NCBI GenBank assembly: GCA_017958225.1
Contig: JAGDDD010000013.1
Span: 31,863 to 95,862 of the forward strand
DNA from: Alphaproteobacteria bacterium
GTDB lineage: Bacteria; Pseudomonadota; Alphaproteobacteria; CAAHEQ01; UBA3637
DNA length: 64,000 nt
Direction of reading: 5' to 3'
Part shown: in pieces, positions 11,632 to 20,799 of the stretch
Layout of the letters: each line of letters starts with the position of its first letter
Numbering within the stretch: position 1 is the first letter of the stretch
Position numbers and translations under genes: made by a program
Notes under the pieces: model-generated
The model's input: only the letters and a program-made list of their open reading frames with translations
What the model was told of the DNA's origin: nothing
Database searches by the model: none

Positions 11632-12814
11632 CATGGATACCAAGAAGTTAAAACAAAATGCACCGGTTTTTATCCTATGGACGCTTGTCTATTGGGGCTA
11701 TATCCATTATTTTTTCTCGGTTAACTGGAACTTTCATATTTTTTCCGTTAAAGATTGGCGTTTCTTTTCGCAACAATGGGCGCAAGGCTGGGTTGTGGAA
11801 GGTGCGGATCAGTGGACCTTCATTTTAGTGGCGATGGCCGCTATTCCGGTATGGTATATCGTGCTGAAATTGTTGTTGCCTATTCCTTATCGCAAGATAT
11901 TTGAGGACCTGTTTTTTGACAGCATTTACAAAAAGAAAATGGCCCAGTTGCACAACACGGAAAAAGCGGCGGTTAAAAAACGCCCGTCTTATCGGGATGT
12001 GCGACCCAAAGAGTTGGCACATGGTCTGGCGACGCCGACAGAAAAAGAGCCGCCGGCAGATATGCCTCCGGTGCATCCGCAACCGGCCGCGGCACAGTCA
12101 GCGCCTATGGCCGAGCGCAAGTTGTCTGTGCCTGTTCCTGCCCCGTCTGATCCGTTCCATTTGCAGGACAGTTTATATTCGGATGAAGAACATACCGAAA
12201 ATGTGGCGGCGCCAGAGGCCGAGCCGGTGGTGCCTTTTGAAAATATGGAAACCGAGATACAACCTTTGTCCGAAGATTTGGCAAAAATTATGCAAGCTAA
12301 TTGCGAAGTCTTTTCCAATGTGGCTGTTAAAGATGCGAAAGTGTCTTTTGTGGCGGTGGGTAAAAAGACCGTTTATCTGTGCCAGGTTGATGACGCTGAA
12401 GGCGATTGGTTGGCCGATGAAGATCCGTTTGGATCGGAAGCGCCTTTGTGGTTTTCGGATAGATCTCATCGCGTATCGCCTGTGTTCGAATTATTAAAAA
12501 TCCAGGCTGATGTGGAAAGCCTGTTGAAAAAGCAGCATATTGAGGCGGCCTGTCAATCGTTGTTGGTGAAAACGCAAGGCGTGATTATCAATGCCGAAGA
12601 AATGTTGTCCAAATGGAAAAATGTTGGCGTTATTGTGTGTCGCTCTCAAAACGGAGGGTCAGCGGCTTTGGCGTCGTTTACGGATTCCTTCCCGGACGAG
12701 ACAGCGCCGACGCAGGCATTTGTTAAAAAAGTTAAAGACGCTTTACATCTGACGGCCAAAAAAGCCGCGGCTAAGGGGGATAGCGCTAAACGCACGAAGA
12801 AGCCAAAAGGTTAA
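11632..12814 (+). CDS. Hypothetical membrane protein: 2 N-terminal TM helices, Pro-rich linker, C-terminal globular domain (weak NERD-like pattern), Lys-rich tail
   Basis: Coding-like ORF directly upstream of and co-oriented with the T4CP gene (10-nt gap). Confidence 0.5.
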
Positions 12815-12823
12815 GGAGAGATC

Positions 12824-14986
12824 ATGTTTGTCCGCCAAAATGAATTTAAAGAACGCGACCAAGCCACTCTGTTTTTAATGCGGTGGTTCGTATATGCCGT
12901 TCTGGCCGGTCTGTTGTCTGCCGGCTTGTTATTGCTGTTTATTTTCATGATATCCAACGGGTTGAGTTCCAACACCTTAAGCCAAATGGGCAAGCTGATT
13001 GCCTCATGGTTTAAAATGCCTTCATCCTTTTTCCGCACCTATTTGAAGTTTTGGGAAAGAACGGCGCATACGTCCGGTGCCATCAAAGTTTTGCCTTATG
13101 CGCCTTTCTTTGTTACGACTATGACGTTTACGTATGCGCTGATCGCCAACCCGTATGATTTTATGCTCAAAACCTTTGGTGGTGGCCGTATTGCGACCTA
13201 TCGCGACATTGTCAAAATGAAGTTGTTTAACGGCTTTGTCATTGTGTTGGGTAAGTTCCGCGGTAAGTTATTGATGTTGCCGGAAACTTTGTCCGCGTTG
13301 GTGGTGGCGCCTCCGGGCACCGGTAAAACCGTGGCGGTCGTTATTCCGACGATTTTGGAATCGCCCAAGATGAGTATTATTGTGAACGACCCGAAGCCTG
13401 AATTGTGCTTTAAGACTTCCGGTTATCGCGCGACGCAAGGGCCTGTGTTTGTCATCAACTGGGGTTGTTTGGACGAGCCGGATAAAGGTATCTATTATCC
13501 GTCGTGGAACCCGCTGTCGCCCAGATGTTTGCCGGCAGACGAAAACGAGCGCGGCTTGTATATCGACAGTATGGTGAAGGTGTTGATTGCCGAGCCTTCC
13601 GGCTCTGCGGACCCGCACTGGACGAACAAAGGTCGTGACGCGTTGTCCGGCTTCTTGTGGTTTATTTCCAATAAATGCGAAAGAGCGCGTGCCAATGATT
13701 ATTTCATCTCTCGTTTGTTGGACAATGCGCTGGATGAAGAAGATGCGCAGGTGTTGAGTTCGTATTACAGCAATATGAGCACGCCGGAATCGCAAATGGC
13801 GTTGGCGGCGTTGCAGAAAGGCGAATTGACGCAAGACAATTATGTGCCTATCGGAACATGGGCCGGCTTGCCGCAAGAATGGTATGGCTCTGAACCGTGT
13901 ATCGCTATGATCAACGACTGGCTGAACGATGCGCAAATGACAATTTCTGCTGACTTGAAACGGCGTGCGGATGAGGGCGACCAATCCGCCTTGTATGCTG
14001 ATCCGATGCGCGACGTGCTGGAATACGCGGTCAATGAGTGTATGCAATACAACTACTCACACCGTGCGGTGATTGAGCTCAACCAGTTGGCAGCGACTCC
14101 GGATAAAGAGCGCGGATCTATTTTGTCTACGGCTTTGGGCGGTATTAACGTGTTTAAGAACGCATCCGTGATTGCGCGAACACGCTTTTCCGACTTGTCG
14201 TTTAGAGATTTGCGCGGTATGCGCGATCCGATTACCGGCGAAATGAAACCGATTGCGGTATATTTGAGTATTGACCAGGTAAAAGCCCGCGCCTTGAACC
14301 CCATTACCGGTGTGTTTGTGGAGTTGATGAGCTCGTTCTTGATTGCTAACCCGCCTGATTTCGTTGGCAATGACGGACAAAAGGCCGGTCCTTATCCGGT
14401 GTTGTTCGTGCTGGACGAGTTTCCGCAAATGCCGAAGTTGGCCGCTGTGAAAGATGGTCCGGCGGTCGGCCGCGGACAGAAGGTGTCTTACTTGCTGATT
14501 GGGCAGGATTTGGGTCAGATTTCCGGTCAATATGGTAAGGACGATTTGGAAACAATTATCACCACCACCGCGGCTAAAGTTATTTTGGCACAAAACAACG
14601 AACAAACGGCAGAACGTTTCTCGAAGATGATTGGTTCTAAAACCATACAGAATACCAGCTATTCTGCACAAGAGGCTATTTTCGGCTTTAATGTTAAAAT
14701 GAGCAACAACGTGTCGCGCTCCTTGCAAAGTCAAAACGTGGTCGGCACATCGTCAATGATGAGCTTGGATTCGAAAAAGCAATATGTGTTGATGCAGGGC
14801 TTTTTGAACAGGCCGATTTTGGCCGATTCGCCGCGTTGGTTCTTGGATAAAAAGATGACCAAGAAATGCAGCCTGCCGCCTTCACCATTTGTGCCGGCGT
14901 GGATTGTGGCGCAACGCGAAGATACCGAAGTTGAAAAATTAGCGGCCGCTTTGACGCAGGAAGTCAAGGAAATGGAAGAAGGATAG
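12824..14986 (+). CDS. Type IV secretion coupling protein (VirD4/TraG/TraD family ATPase)
   Basis: N-terminal TM region, Walker A in the VirD4 context LVVAPPGTGKTVAVVIPTIL...SIIVNDPKPE, and Walker B VLFVLDEFPQM. Confidence 0.75.
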   Translation: MFVRQNEFKERDQATLFLMRWFVYAVLAGLLSAGLLLLFIFMISNGLSSNTLSQMGKLIASWFKMPSSFFRTYLKFWERTAHTSGAIKVLPYAPFFVTTMTFTYALIANPYDFMLKTFGGGRIATYRDIVKMKLFNGFVIVLGKFRGKLLMLPETLSALVVAPPGTGKTVAVVIPTILESPKMSIIVNDPKPELCFKTSGYRATQGPVFVINWGCLDEPDKGIYYPSWNPLSPRCLPADENERGLYIDSMVKVLIAEPSGSADPHWTNKGRDALSGFLWFISNKCERARANDYFISRLLDNALDEEDAQVLSSYYSNMSTPESQMALAALQKGELTQDNYVPIGTWAGLPQEWYGSEPCIAMINDWLNDAQMTISADLKRRADEGDQSALYADPMRDVLEYAVNECMQYNYSHRAVIELNQLAATPDKERGSILSTALGGINVFKNASVIARTRFSDLSFRDLRGMRDPITGEMKPIAVYLSIDQVKARALNPITGVFVELMSSFLIANPPDFVGNDGQKAGPYPVLFVLDEFPQMPKLAAVKDGPAVGRGQKVSYLLIGQDLGQISGQYGKDDLETIITTTAAKVILAQNNEQTAERFSKMIGSKTIQNTSYSAQEAIFGFNVKMSNNVSRSLQSQNVVGTSSMMSLDSKKQYVLMQGFLNRPILADSPRWFLDKKMTKKCSLPPSPFVPAWIVAQREDTEVEKLAAALTQEVKEMEEG

Positions 14987-15592
14987 TTGATGACGACTTC
15001 AAAACTGAACGATGTTTGTTTTGTGACGGATAAACTGATACACGACCTGTCGTATTGGGAAAATCTGTTCCAAAAACTGAACTTTCCCGGGATGGATTTG
15101 GTGGAAGCCACGGCCTATCCGTTGAGCATCGGGGAGCGCAGAGAAGCCAAAAAGGCTTTTCGGCAGATACGTCGTGAGTTTTTAAACCTGTTGATTGCTG
15201 AACGTTTGAACGATTTAAAAGAAGCCGGTTGTGATGAGAGCGCCATCTTGAGTTTGCGTCGCGGCGTCATGCCCGAAAACTTTAATATTCACATCAAGAT
15301 TCCGTTTGATTATACGGGGCAGGTTGATTTTTCCAATTTGGTCTTTATGCAAAGTTTGCCCTATCACAATGAAATCCATCGCTTTATGAATCTGCAAATG
15401 GCGGGGATGGAGCTGAATGCTCGTCCGCGTAAATTGTATATCCCTGTTCCGGTCGGCATGGTGTATTTGCCGCATACGGAAATTACAGGCTCGGGCGGAA
15501 AAAATAAAAGCGACCGCAGTGTGACCGCGGGCATGACAACCTCTTTCTTACAAAGTATGGCCTTAAAGACCATGAGAGGAGGCCGCGGATGA
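14987..15592 (+). CDS. Hypothetical protein (201 aa); start overlaps the T4CP stop
   Basis: ATGATGA overlap with the upstream gene. No family recognised. Confidence 0.5.
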   Translation: MMTTSKLNDVCFVTDKLIHDLSYWENLFQKLNFPGMDLVEATAYPLSIGERREAKKAFRQIRREFLNLLIAERLNDLKEAGCDESAILSLRRGVMPENFNIHIKIPFDYTGQVDFSNLVFMQSLPYHNEIHRFMNLQMAGMELNARPRKLYIPVPVGMVYLPHTEITGSGGKNKSDRSVTAGMTTSFLQSMALKTMRGGRG

Positions 15593-16062
15593 TTATGTTG
15601 CGTCAATTGTTGGATCGTCTTTACAGGACGGGCGGCATTATTTTTCCGCCGGCCAGTGCTGACGAGGGCGGCTTTTTGCGCTTGACCTTGGCGCGTCATA
15701 AAATCACGATGCCGTCGGCCGAGTATTTTCAATTTTTATCTTTAACCGACGGGTTGATTTTCCACGGCCTGCGTTTTTATGGCGTGCATTCGCATAAACG
15801 GGAAAAGGCCAATTACACGTTTCCTTCCTTGTTGGAAGTGAATATGAACTTTTATGATCAAAAGCGCGCGAATACGTTTTTGATTGTCGGCGAAACAGAT
15901 GAAGATTATGTCACGTATGATTTCCGTGATAAGTGTTATCATTTGGTGGACAAAATGGATTTGCGTTCCGATTTGGTGATGGAGCGTTTCTTTGACATTT
16001 TGTATCTGTTGTCCGAAGATATTGCCAAGTCGGCGCAGATGCCTTTGCGCTCGGCTCCGTAG
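15589..16062 (+). CDS. Hypothetical protein (157 aa), weakly SUKH/SMI1-KNR4-like (possible immunity-type fold)
   Basis: Start overlaps the previous stop (ATGA). The pattern LTDGLIFHGLRFYG...FLIVGETDEDYVTYD resembles SUKH cores. This is a by-eye resemblance only. Confidence 0.45.
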   Translation: MIMLRQLLDRLYRTGGIIFPPASADEGGFLRLTLARHKITMPSAEYFQFLSLTDGLIFHGLRFYGVHSHKREKANYTFPSLLEVNMNFYDQKRANTFLIVGETDEDYVTYDFRDKCYHLVDKMDLRSDLVMERFFDILYLLSEDIAKSAQMPLRSAP

Positions 16063-16145
16063 GCCACCTTTCAAAATAGTTTAAAAAAATCTTGCTAATC
16101 TGCTCGGATTGTGGTAAATAGAGTTGTTTTTACTCAATAACAGTT

Positions 16146-16172
16146 CTATGTCACTTGATGGATATGACATAG
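16146..16172. promoter_or_regulatory. Perfect 8-bp inverted repeat CTATGTCA-N11-TGACATAG ~25 nt upstream of the ppdK start
   Basis: Seen directly in the sequence. Candidate operator. Confidence 0.3.
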
Positions 16173-16193
16173 TATATCATGAAAGGAAAGTCC

Positions 16194-18851
16194 ATGACAA
16201 AATGGGTGTATACATTTGGAAACGGCAAAGCGGAAGGCGATGCCTCTATGCGCAATTTATTGGGTGGTAAAGGTGCCAACCTGGCGGAAATGTCCAGCAT
16301 TGGTTGTCCTGTGCCTCCGGGCTTCACTATTACGACTGAAGCATGTACATATTATTATAAAAACGGTAAGGCTTATTCTGACGAATTAAAAGAACAAGTC
16401 ATGGCCGGTTTAAAAGGCGTGGAAGAATTGATGGGCCGCAAGTTTGGCGATCCTGAAAATCCTTTGTTGTTCTCTGTGCGTTCCGGCGCTCGTGTTTCTA
16501 TGCCGGGCATGATGGACACCATCTTGAACTTAGGTTTGAACGATCAAACAGTGGAAGGTTTGGCGAAAGCGTCTAACAATCCGAAGTTTGCTTACGACTC
16601 CTATCGTCGTTTTATTCAGATGTATTCTGATACCGCTATGGGCGTGGATATTCACAAGTTTGAAGCGGTTTTGGATCGCGTTCGTGAAGAAAACGGTTAC
16701 AAGCATGATAACGAAATGACCGTTGAACAATTGAAAGCGGTCATTGAAGAATACAAGAAAATCGGTGTTGCCGAAGGCAAGCCCGTTCCGCAAGATGTGT
16801 ATGAGCAGTTGTGGGGCGCCGTCGGCGCAGTGTTCGGCTCTTGGATGAGCGAACGCGCTATTTTCTATCGTCGCTTGAACAACATCCCGGGGGATTGGGG
16901 CACCGCTGTTAATGTGCAGTGCATGGTGTTCGGTAACTCCGGCGACAATTCTGCAACGGGTGTGTGCTTCTCTCGTGACGCGGCCACCGGTGAAAATTAT
17001 TTCTATGGCGAATATTTGAAAAATGCACAAGGTGAAGACGTGGTGGCCGGTATTCGGACGCCGCAACAAATCTCCCGCATTGGTAATGAACGTCGTGGTT
17101 TGAACTTGCCCTGCATGGAAGACGAGTTCCCCGAAGTTTATAAACAATTGTGCGATATTCGTGCGAAATTGGAAAAACACTATAAAGATATGCAAGATAT
17201 GGAATTTACTGTCCAAGACGGTAAGTTGTTCATGTTGCAGACTCGTAACGGTAAGCGCACCGGTTTAGCGGCTTTGAAAGTGGCCGTGGATATGGTGCAT
17301 GAAGGCCTGATTACTAAAGAAGAAGCGGTAACACGTGTTGAGCCGGGACATTTGGATCAATTGTTGCACCCGATGTTTGACAAGTCCGCGAAACGTGATG
17401 TGATTGCGACCGGTTTGCCGGCCTCTCCGGGTGCCGCTGTCGGCCAAATCGTGTTTAGCGCCGCTGACGCCGAAAAGGCGGCCTCTGAAGGCAAAAAGGT
17501 TGTGTTGGTCCGTGTGGAAACATCTCCGGAAGACATTGCCGGTATGCATGCGGCTGAAGGTATTTTGACAGCTCGTGGCGGTATGACCTCTCACGCAGCT
17601 GTGGTGGCGCGTGGTATGGGTAAGCCCTGCGTGTCCGGTGTGTCAGATTTGCGCATTGACTATGATGCTCAATTCTTGAAAATCGGCGACAAAGTTTTGA
17701 AGGCGGGCGATATGCTGTCCTTGGACGGAACAACCGGTCAAGTGATGGTCGGCGCTTTACCGTTGGTCGTGCCCGAAATGGTCGGCGACTTTGGCGAATT
17801 CATGGGCTGGGTCGATTCCATCCGTAAGTTGCGCGTGCGCGCCAATGCGGAAACTCCGGCCGATGCGACAACAGCGAAGAAGTTCGGCGCCGAAGGTATC
17901 GGTTTGTGCCGCACAGAACATATGTTCTTTGACCCGCACCGTATTAACTTCATGCGCGAAATGATTTTGGCGAACAATGTCGAGGATCGTAAGAAAGCCT
18001 TGGCAAAATTGTTGCCGTTCCAACGCAAAGACTTTGTGGATTTATTCACAATTATGGCCGGTCTGCCCGTGACCATTCGTTTGTTGGATCCGCCTTTGCA
18101 TGAGTTCTTGCCGCATAAGCACGAAGAACAAGTGGCGTTGGCGCAGCAAATGGGTGTGACGGTGGAAGAAATCGTTGCTCGGACAAACAGTTTGAGCGAA
18201 GCGAACCCGATGTTGGGTCTGCGCGGTTGCCGTCTGGCTGTGGTGTTCCCCGAAATCTGCGAAATGCAGACGCGTGCGATTATCGAGGCCGCTTTGGAAG
18301 TGTCCGCTCAAGGTATCGCTGTTGAACCGGAAATTGAAGTTCCTTTGATTTCTTCCAAGAAAGAATTGGAAATCTGCAAAGCGATTATCGACAGCACCGC
18401 TGAAGAAGTCTTTAAAGAAAAAGGCGCTCGCGTCAAATACTTGGTCGGTACCATGATTGAGTTGCCGCGTGCGGCGTTGTTGGCCGGCGAAATTGCCGAG
18501 TTGGCTGACTTCTTCGAATTCGGAACCAACGACTTGACACAAACCACATTGGGTATGAGCCGCGATGACGCAGGCGCCTTCTTGCCGGTTTATGTCAATA
18601 AAGGCATTTACGAATTGGATCCGTTTGCCAGCCTGGATACAACCGGCGTCGGCAAACTCATTCAAATGGCTTGTGAAGCCGGACGCAAAGCGAAATCCGG
18701 TTTGTATTTGAGCATCTGTGGTGAGCACGGTGGTGATGCGAAGTCCATTGAGTTCTTGAACTCTTGCCTGGACGGCGTGTCCTGCTCTCCGTTCCGCGTG
18801 CCTTTGGCGCGTTTAGCGGCAGCACAGGCTGCGGTCAAATCAGCCAAATAA
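16194..18851 (+). CDS. ppdK: Pyruvate, phosphate dikinase
   Basis: MTKWVYTF...GGKGANLAEM N-terminus, phosphohistidine-domain and PEP-utilising-domain motifs. The ATG at 16194 after AAAGGAAAG is preferred over the ORF-track start at 16179. Confidence 0.95.
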   Translation: MTKWVYTFGNGKAEGDASMRNLLGGKGANLAEMSSIGCPVPPGFTITTEACTYYYKNGKAYSDELKEQVMAGLKGVEELMGRKFGDPENPLLFSVRSGARVSMPGMMDTILNLGLNDQTVEGLAKASNNPKFAYDSYRRFIQMYSDTAMGVDIHKFEAVLDRVREENGYKHDNEMTVEQLKAVIEEYKKIGVAEGKPVPQDVYEQLWGAVGAVFGSWMSERAIFYRRLNNIPGDWGTAVNVQCMVFGNSGDNSATGVCFSRDAATGENYFYGEYLKNAQGEDVVAGIRTPQQISRIGNERRGLNLPCMEDEFPEVYKQLCDIRAKLEKHYKDMQDMEFTVQDGKLFMLQTRNGKRTGLAALKVAVDMVHEGLITKEEAVTRVEPGHLDQLLHPMFDKSAKRDVIATGLPASPGAAVGQIVFSAADAEKAASEGKKVVLVRVETSPEDIAGMHAAEGILTARGGMTSHAAVVARGMGKPCVSGVSDLRIDYDAQFLKIGDKVLKAGDMLSLDGTTGQVMVGALPLVVPEMVGDFGEFMGWVDSIRKLRVRANAETPADATTAKKFGAEGIGLCRTEHMFFDPHRINFMREMILANNVEDRKKALAKLLPFQRKDFVDLFTIMAGLPVTIRLLDPPLHEFLPHKHEEQVALAQQMGVTVEEIVARTNSLSEANPMLGLRGCRLAVVFPEICEMQTRAIIEAALEVSAQGIAVEPEIEVPLISSKKELEICKAIIDSTAEEVFKEKGARVKYLVGTMIELPRAALLAGEIAELADFFEFGTNDLTQTTLGMSRDDAGAFLPVYVNKGIYELDPFASLDTTGVGKLIQMACEAGRKAKSGLYLSICGEHGGDAKSIEFLNSCLDGVSCSPFRVPLARLAAAQAAVKSAK

Positions 18852-18866
18852 TTGCTGAAGCACTTA

Positions 18867-18901
18867 CGAAAAATCCCTCGCTCAAGGCGGGGGATTTTTT
18901 T
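18867..18901. terminator. Intrinsic terminator cgAAAAATCCCTCGCtcaagGCGGGGGATTTTTTT (copy 1), downstream of ppdK
   Basis: 9-bp GC-rich stem, 5-nt loop, and a T-run. An identical 35-nt copy occurs at 19787. Confidence 0.6.
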
Positions 18902-18921
18902 AAGGTTGCACGTTATTTTAA

Positions 18922-19135
18922 TTTATGATATAATCCACATGTTGTTTGCAAATGGTTTGTGAGCAACGGGGCGTAGAATACCCCTGATAAATAGAGTTGC
19001 AACAAACTCTTTAAAAACTGTTGACATTCGTCCTTATGGGCGGATGTCGGCTGAATAGGCTTTTGCTAATAGGCTGAGCCGTTATTTATCACGGTATTCT
19101 AACATCCGCCCACCTTATTCAAGGTGGGTTTGTTT
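18922..19135 (+). promoter_or_regulatory. Sigma70-like -10 (TGATATAAT) followed by a ~200-nt structured leader that ends in a terminator-like hairpin (CCCACCttattcaaGGTGGGtttgttttt) 25 nt before the omp start. Candidate sRNA or attenuator/riboswitch-like leader
   Basis: Several inverted repeats: GTTGTTTGCAA/TTGCAACAAAC, GGGGcgtagaataCCCC, and GGCGGATGT/ACATCCGCC with the alternative partner GACATTCG. Confidence 0.3.
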
Positions 19136-19159
19136 TTAATAAAAGAAAGGTGTTAGAAA

Positions 19160-19750
19160 ATGAAAAAAATATTGTTAGTATCCGCAATCGCTTTGGTTGC
19201 GACAAGTGCCTCTGCTTTTGAAGTTAAACCCTATGTAGAAGGTAAAGTAAGCCGCAACGGGTTAAAGGCAGAATACAAAGAGCCTGGAGACAAAATAAAC
19301 CTCAAAGATAACGTCTTTGGCGGACAATTAGAAGTTGGTGCTAAATTAGACCAATTTAGAGTTGGGTTGGAAGGCTACTACAATGACAAAGCGGATGATA
19401 TAGCATTCAGCATTCTTCCGGTTGAATTGGAAAGCAAAGGTCTTTTCTTAAATGGATATTGGGATATTCCATTAAGCGAAGTAAAGGCTGTTAAACCGTT
19501 CATCGGTGTTGGTGTTGGTTATAATTGGTTAAAGGTAAGTGCCAAAGAAACAATATACACTTATCCGGGGCGCGCCAAAGATAAAGGTTTCGGTTGGAAT
19601 GTCGGGTTAGGTGTTGCTTACGCCGTGAAAGATAACGTTGATTTGACTGTAGGTTATCGCTATGAATATCTTGGCAAAGTCAAAGACGAAGATAGCAAAA
19701 CGAAGTTTTACAACAATAAAGTTTCGTTTGGCGTAAGATACACGTTCTGA
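19160..19750 (+). CDS. Small outer-membrane beta-barrel protein (OmpA-like/opacity/OmpW-type), signal peptide, C-terminal ...RYTF
   Basis: Signal peptide MKKILLVSAIALVATSASA, alternating beta-strand pattern, and a terminal aromatic residue. Confidence 0.7.
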   Translation: MKKILLVSAIALVATSASAFEVKPYVEGKVSRNGLKAEYKEPGDKINLKDNVFGGQLEVGAKLDQFRVGLEGYYNDKADDIAFSILPVELESKGLFLNGYWDIPLSEVKAVKPFIGVGVGYNWLKVSAKETIYTYPGRAKDKGFGWNVGLGVAYAVKDNVDLTVGYRYEYLGKVKDEDSKTKFYNNKVSFGVRYTF

Positions 19751-19786
19751 TGGAACAATAAGTCCTATAATCCATAATCTATGGGA

Positions 19787-19821
19787 CGAAAAATCCCTCG
19801 CTCAAGGCGGGGGATTTTTTT
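19787..19821. terminator. Intrinsic terminator (copy 2, identical to 18867-18901). Bidirectional: serves omp (+) and rnpB (-)
   Basis: Identical 35-nt sequence with A-run/T-run flanks. Confidence 0.6.
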
Positions 19822-19824
19822 ATA

Positions 19825-20170
19825 AGTCAGAAGGTCTGTAAGCCGGATTTTGTTATGACAATCATTCATCTGGTGTTGCCTTTGCAGACAACCTCTAGCG
19901 ACCTACCTTGTGGGGGAACAGAAGCTTTCCCTTTTCTCAAGCGCCACGACTTGGTCTTGCTTCGGATGGGGTTTATCGTGCCTTTCCTGTTACCAGCAAA
20001 GCGGTGAGCTTTTACCTCGCCTTTTCACCCTTACCCGCAAAATGCGGGCGGTTTATTTTCTGCGACACTTTCCCGCGGGTTGCCCCGGGCGGCCGTTAGC
20101 CGTCATCCTGCTTCTGCGAAGTCCGGACTTTCCTCAATCTTGCGACCGCGATTGTCCGACCTTCTGACCT
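19825..20170 (-). ncRNA. rnpB: RNase P RNA (bacterial type A)
   Basis: The minus strand reads GAGGAAAGTCCGGAC (P4 5' strand) ~45 nt from the TSS. The 3' region reads ACAAAATCCGGCTTA (P4 3' strand). A P1 helix is possible between 5' GGTCAGAAGG and 3' CCTTCTGAC. An upstream TTGACT-N18-TATAAT promoter is present on the minus strand. Confidence 0.8.
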
Positions 20171-20273
20171 GCTCATTATACACAAAATACAAGCAAAAGT
20201 CAAGAGGTGCTTTAATGCGCCTTTCCCGCGTGTGGTATTATAATACCTTCTTTAAAAAAGTTGAAAAACAGGC

Positions 20274-20301
20274 TTGACAAAAGATAAAAATGTGATAATA
20301 T
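20274..20301 (+). promoter_or_regulatory. Sigma70 promoter for rplM-rpsI (TTGACA-N16-TAATAT with TG extension), divergent from the rnpB promoter
   Basis: Consensus hexamers with 16-nt spacing ~35 nt upstream of rplM. Confidence 0.45.
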
Positions 20302-20334
20302 ACAATCCTCATTTGAATAAAAAGGACACTAAAA

Positions 20335-20799
20335 ATGAAAACAACTCAAAGCGTAAAGGCGTCTGAAATCAAAAGACAATGGTACTTGATTGACGCCGAA
20401 GATCTTGTCCTGGGACGGTTGGCGAGTCGCATCGCGGCCATCTTGCGCGGCAAGAACAAAACAAATTACACTCCGCACATGGATTGTGGCGATTATGTCG
20501 TTGTCATCAATGCGGACAAAGTCGTTTTAACCGGCTCCAAATGGGCTAAAAAAGTGTATCATCACCACACAGGCTATATCGGTGGTATCAAAGATATTCC
20601 CGCCGAGGCTGTGAAACAGGCTCATCCGGAACGCGTGCTTTACAAAGCGGTGGAACGTATGCTCTCTCGCAACAAACTGGGCGCGGCTCAATTGAAGAAA
20701 TTGCGCATTTATGCCGGACCGGAACATCAACATGCGGCTCAAAATCCTCAAGTGTTGGATATCGGGGCGCAAAACAGAAAGAATAAAAGGAGCGTCTAA
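20335..20799 (+). CDS. rplM: 50S ribosomal protein L13
   Basis: Full-length L13 pattern ([31 protein letters not shown]...). Confidence 0.95.
   Translation: MKTTQSVKASEIKRQWYLIDAEDLVLGRLASRIAAILRGKNKTNYTPHMDCGDYVVVINADKVVLTGSKWAKKVYHHHTGYIGGIKDIPAEAVKQAHPERVLYKAVERMLSRNKLGAAQLKKLRIYAGPEHQHAAQNPQVLDIGAQNRKNKRSV

Noticed and set aside
13268-14734. Long minus-strand ORFs (259 aa, 225 aa) inside the T4CP gene
   Set aside because: Antisense to a CDS carrying diagnostic Walker A/B motifs. Arg-rich, nonsense-like sequence.
16530-18728. Several 100-230-aa minus-strand ORFs within ppdK
   Set aside because: Antisense shadows of a 890-aa, clearly identified gene.
19908-20277. Three small plus-strand ORFs (63, 85, 65 aa) between omp and rplM
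   Set aside because: They fall on the strand opposite the RNase P RNA gene. Their amino-acid content (Cys/Arg/Pro-rich) is non-protein-like.
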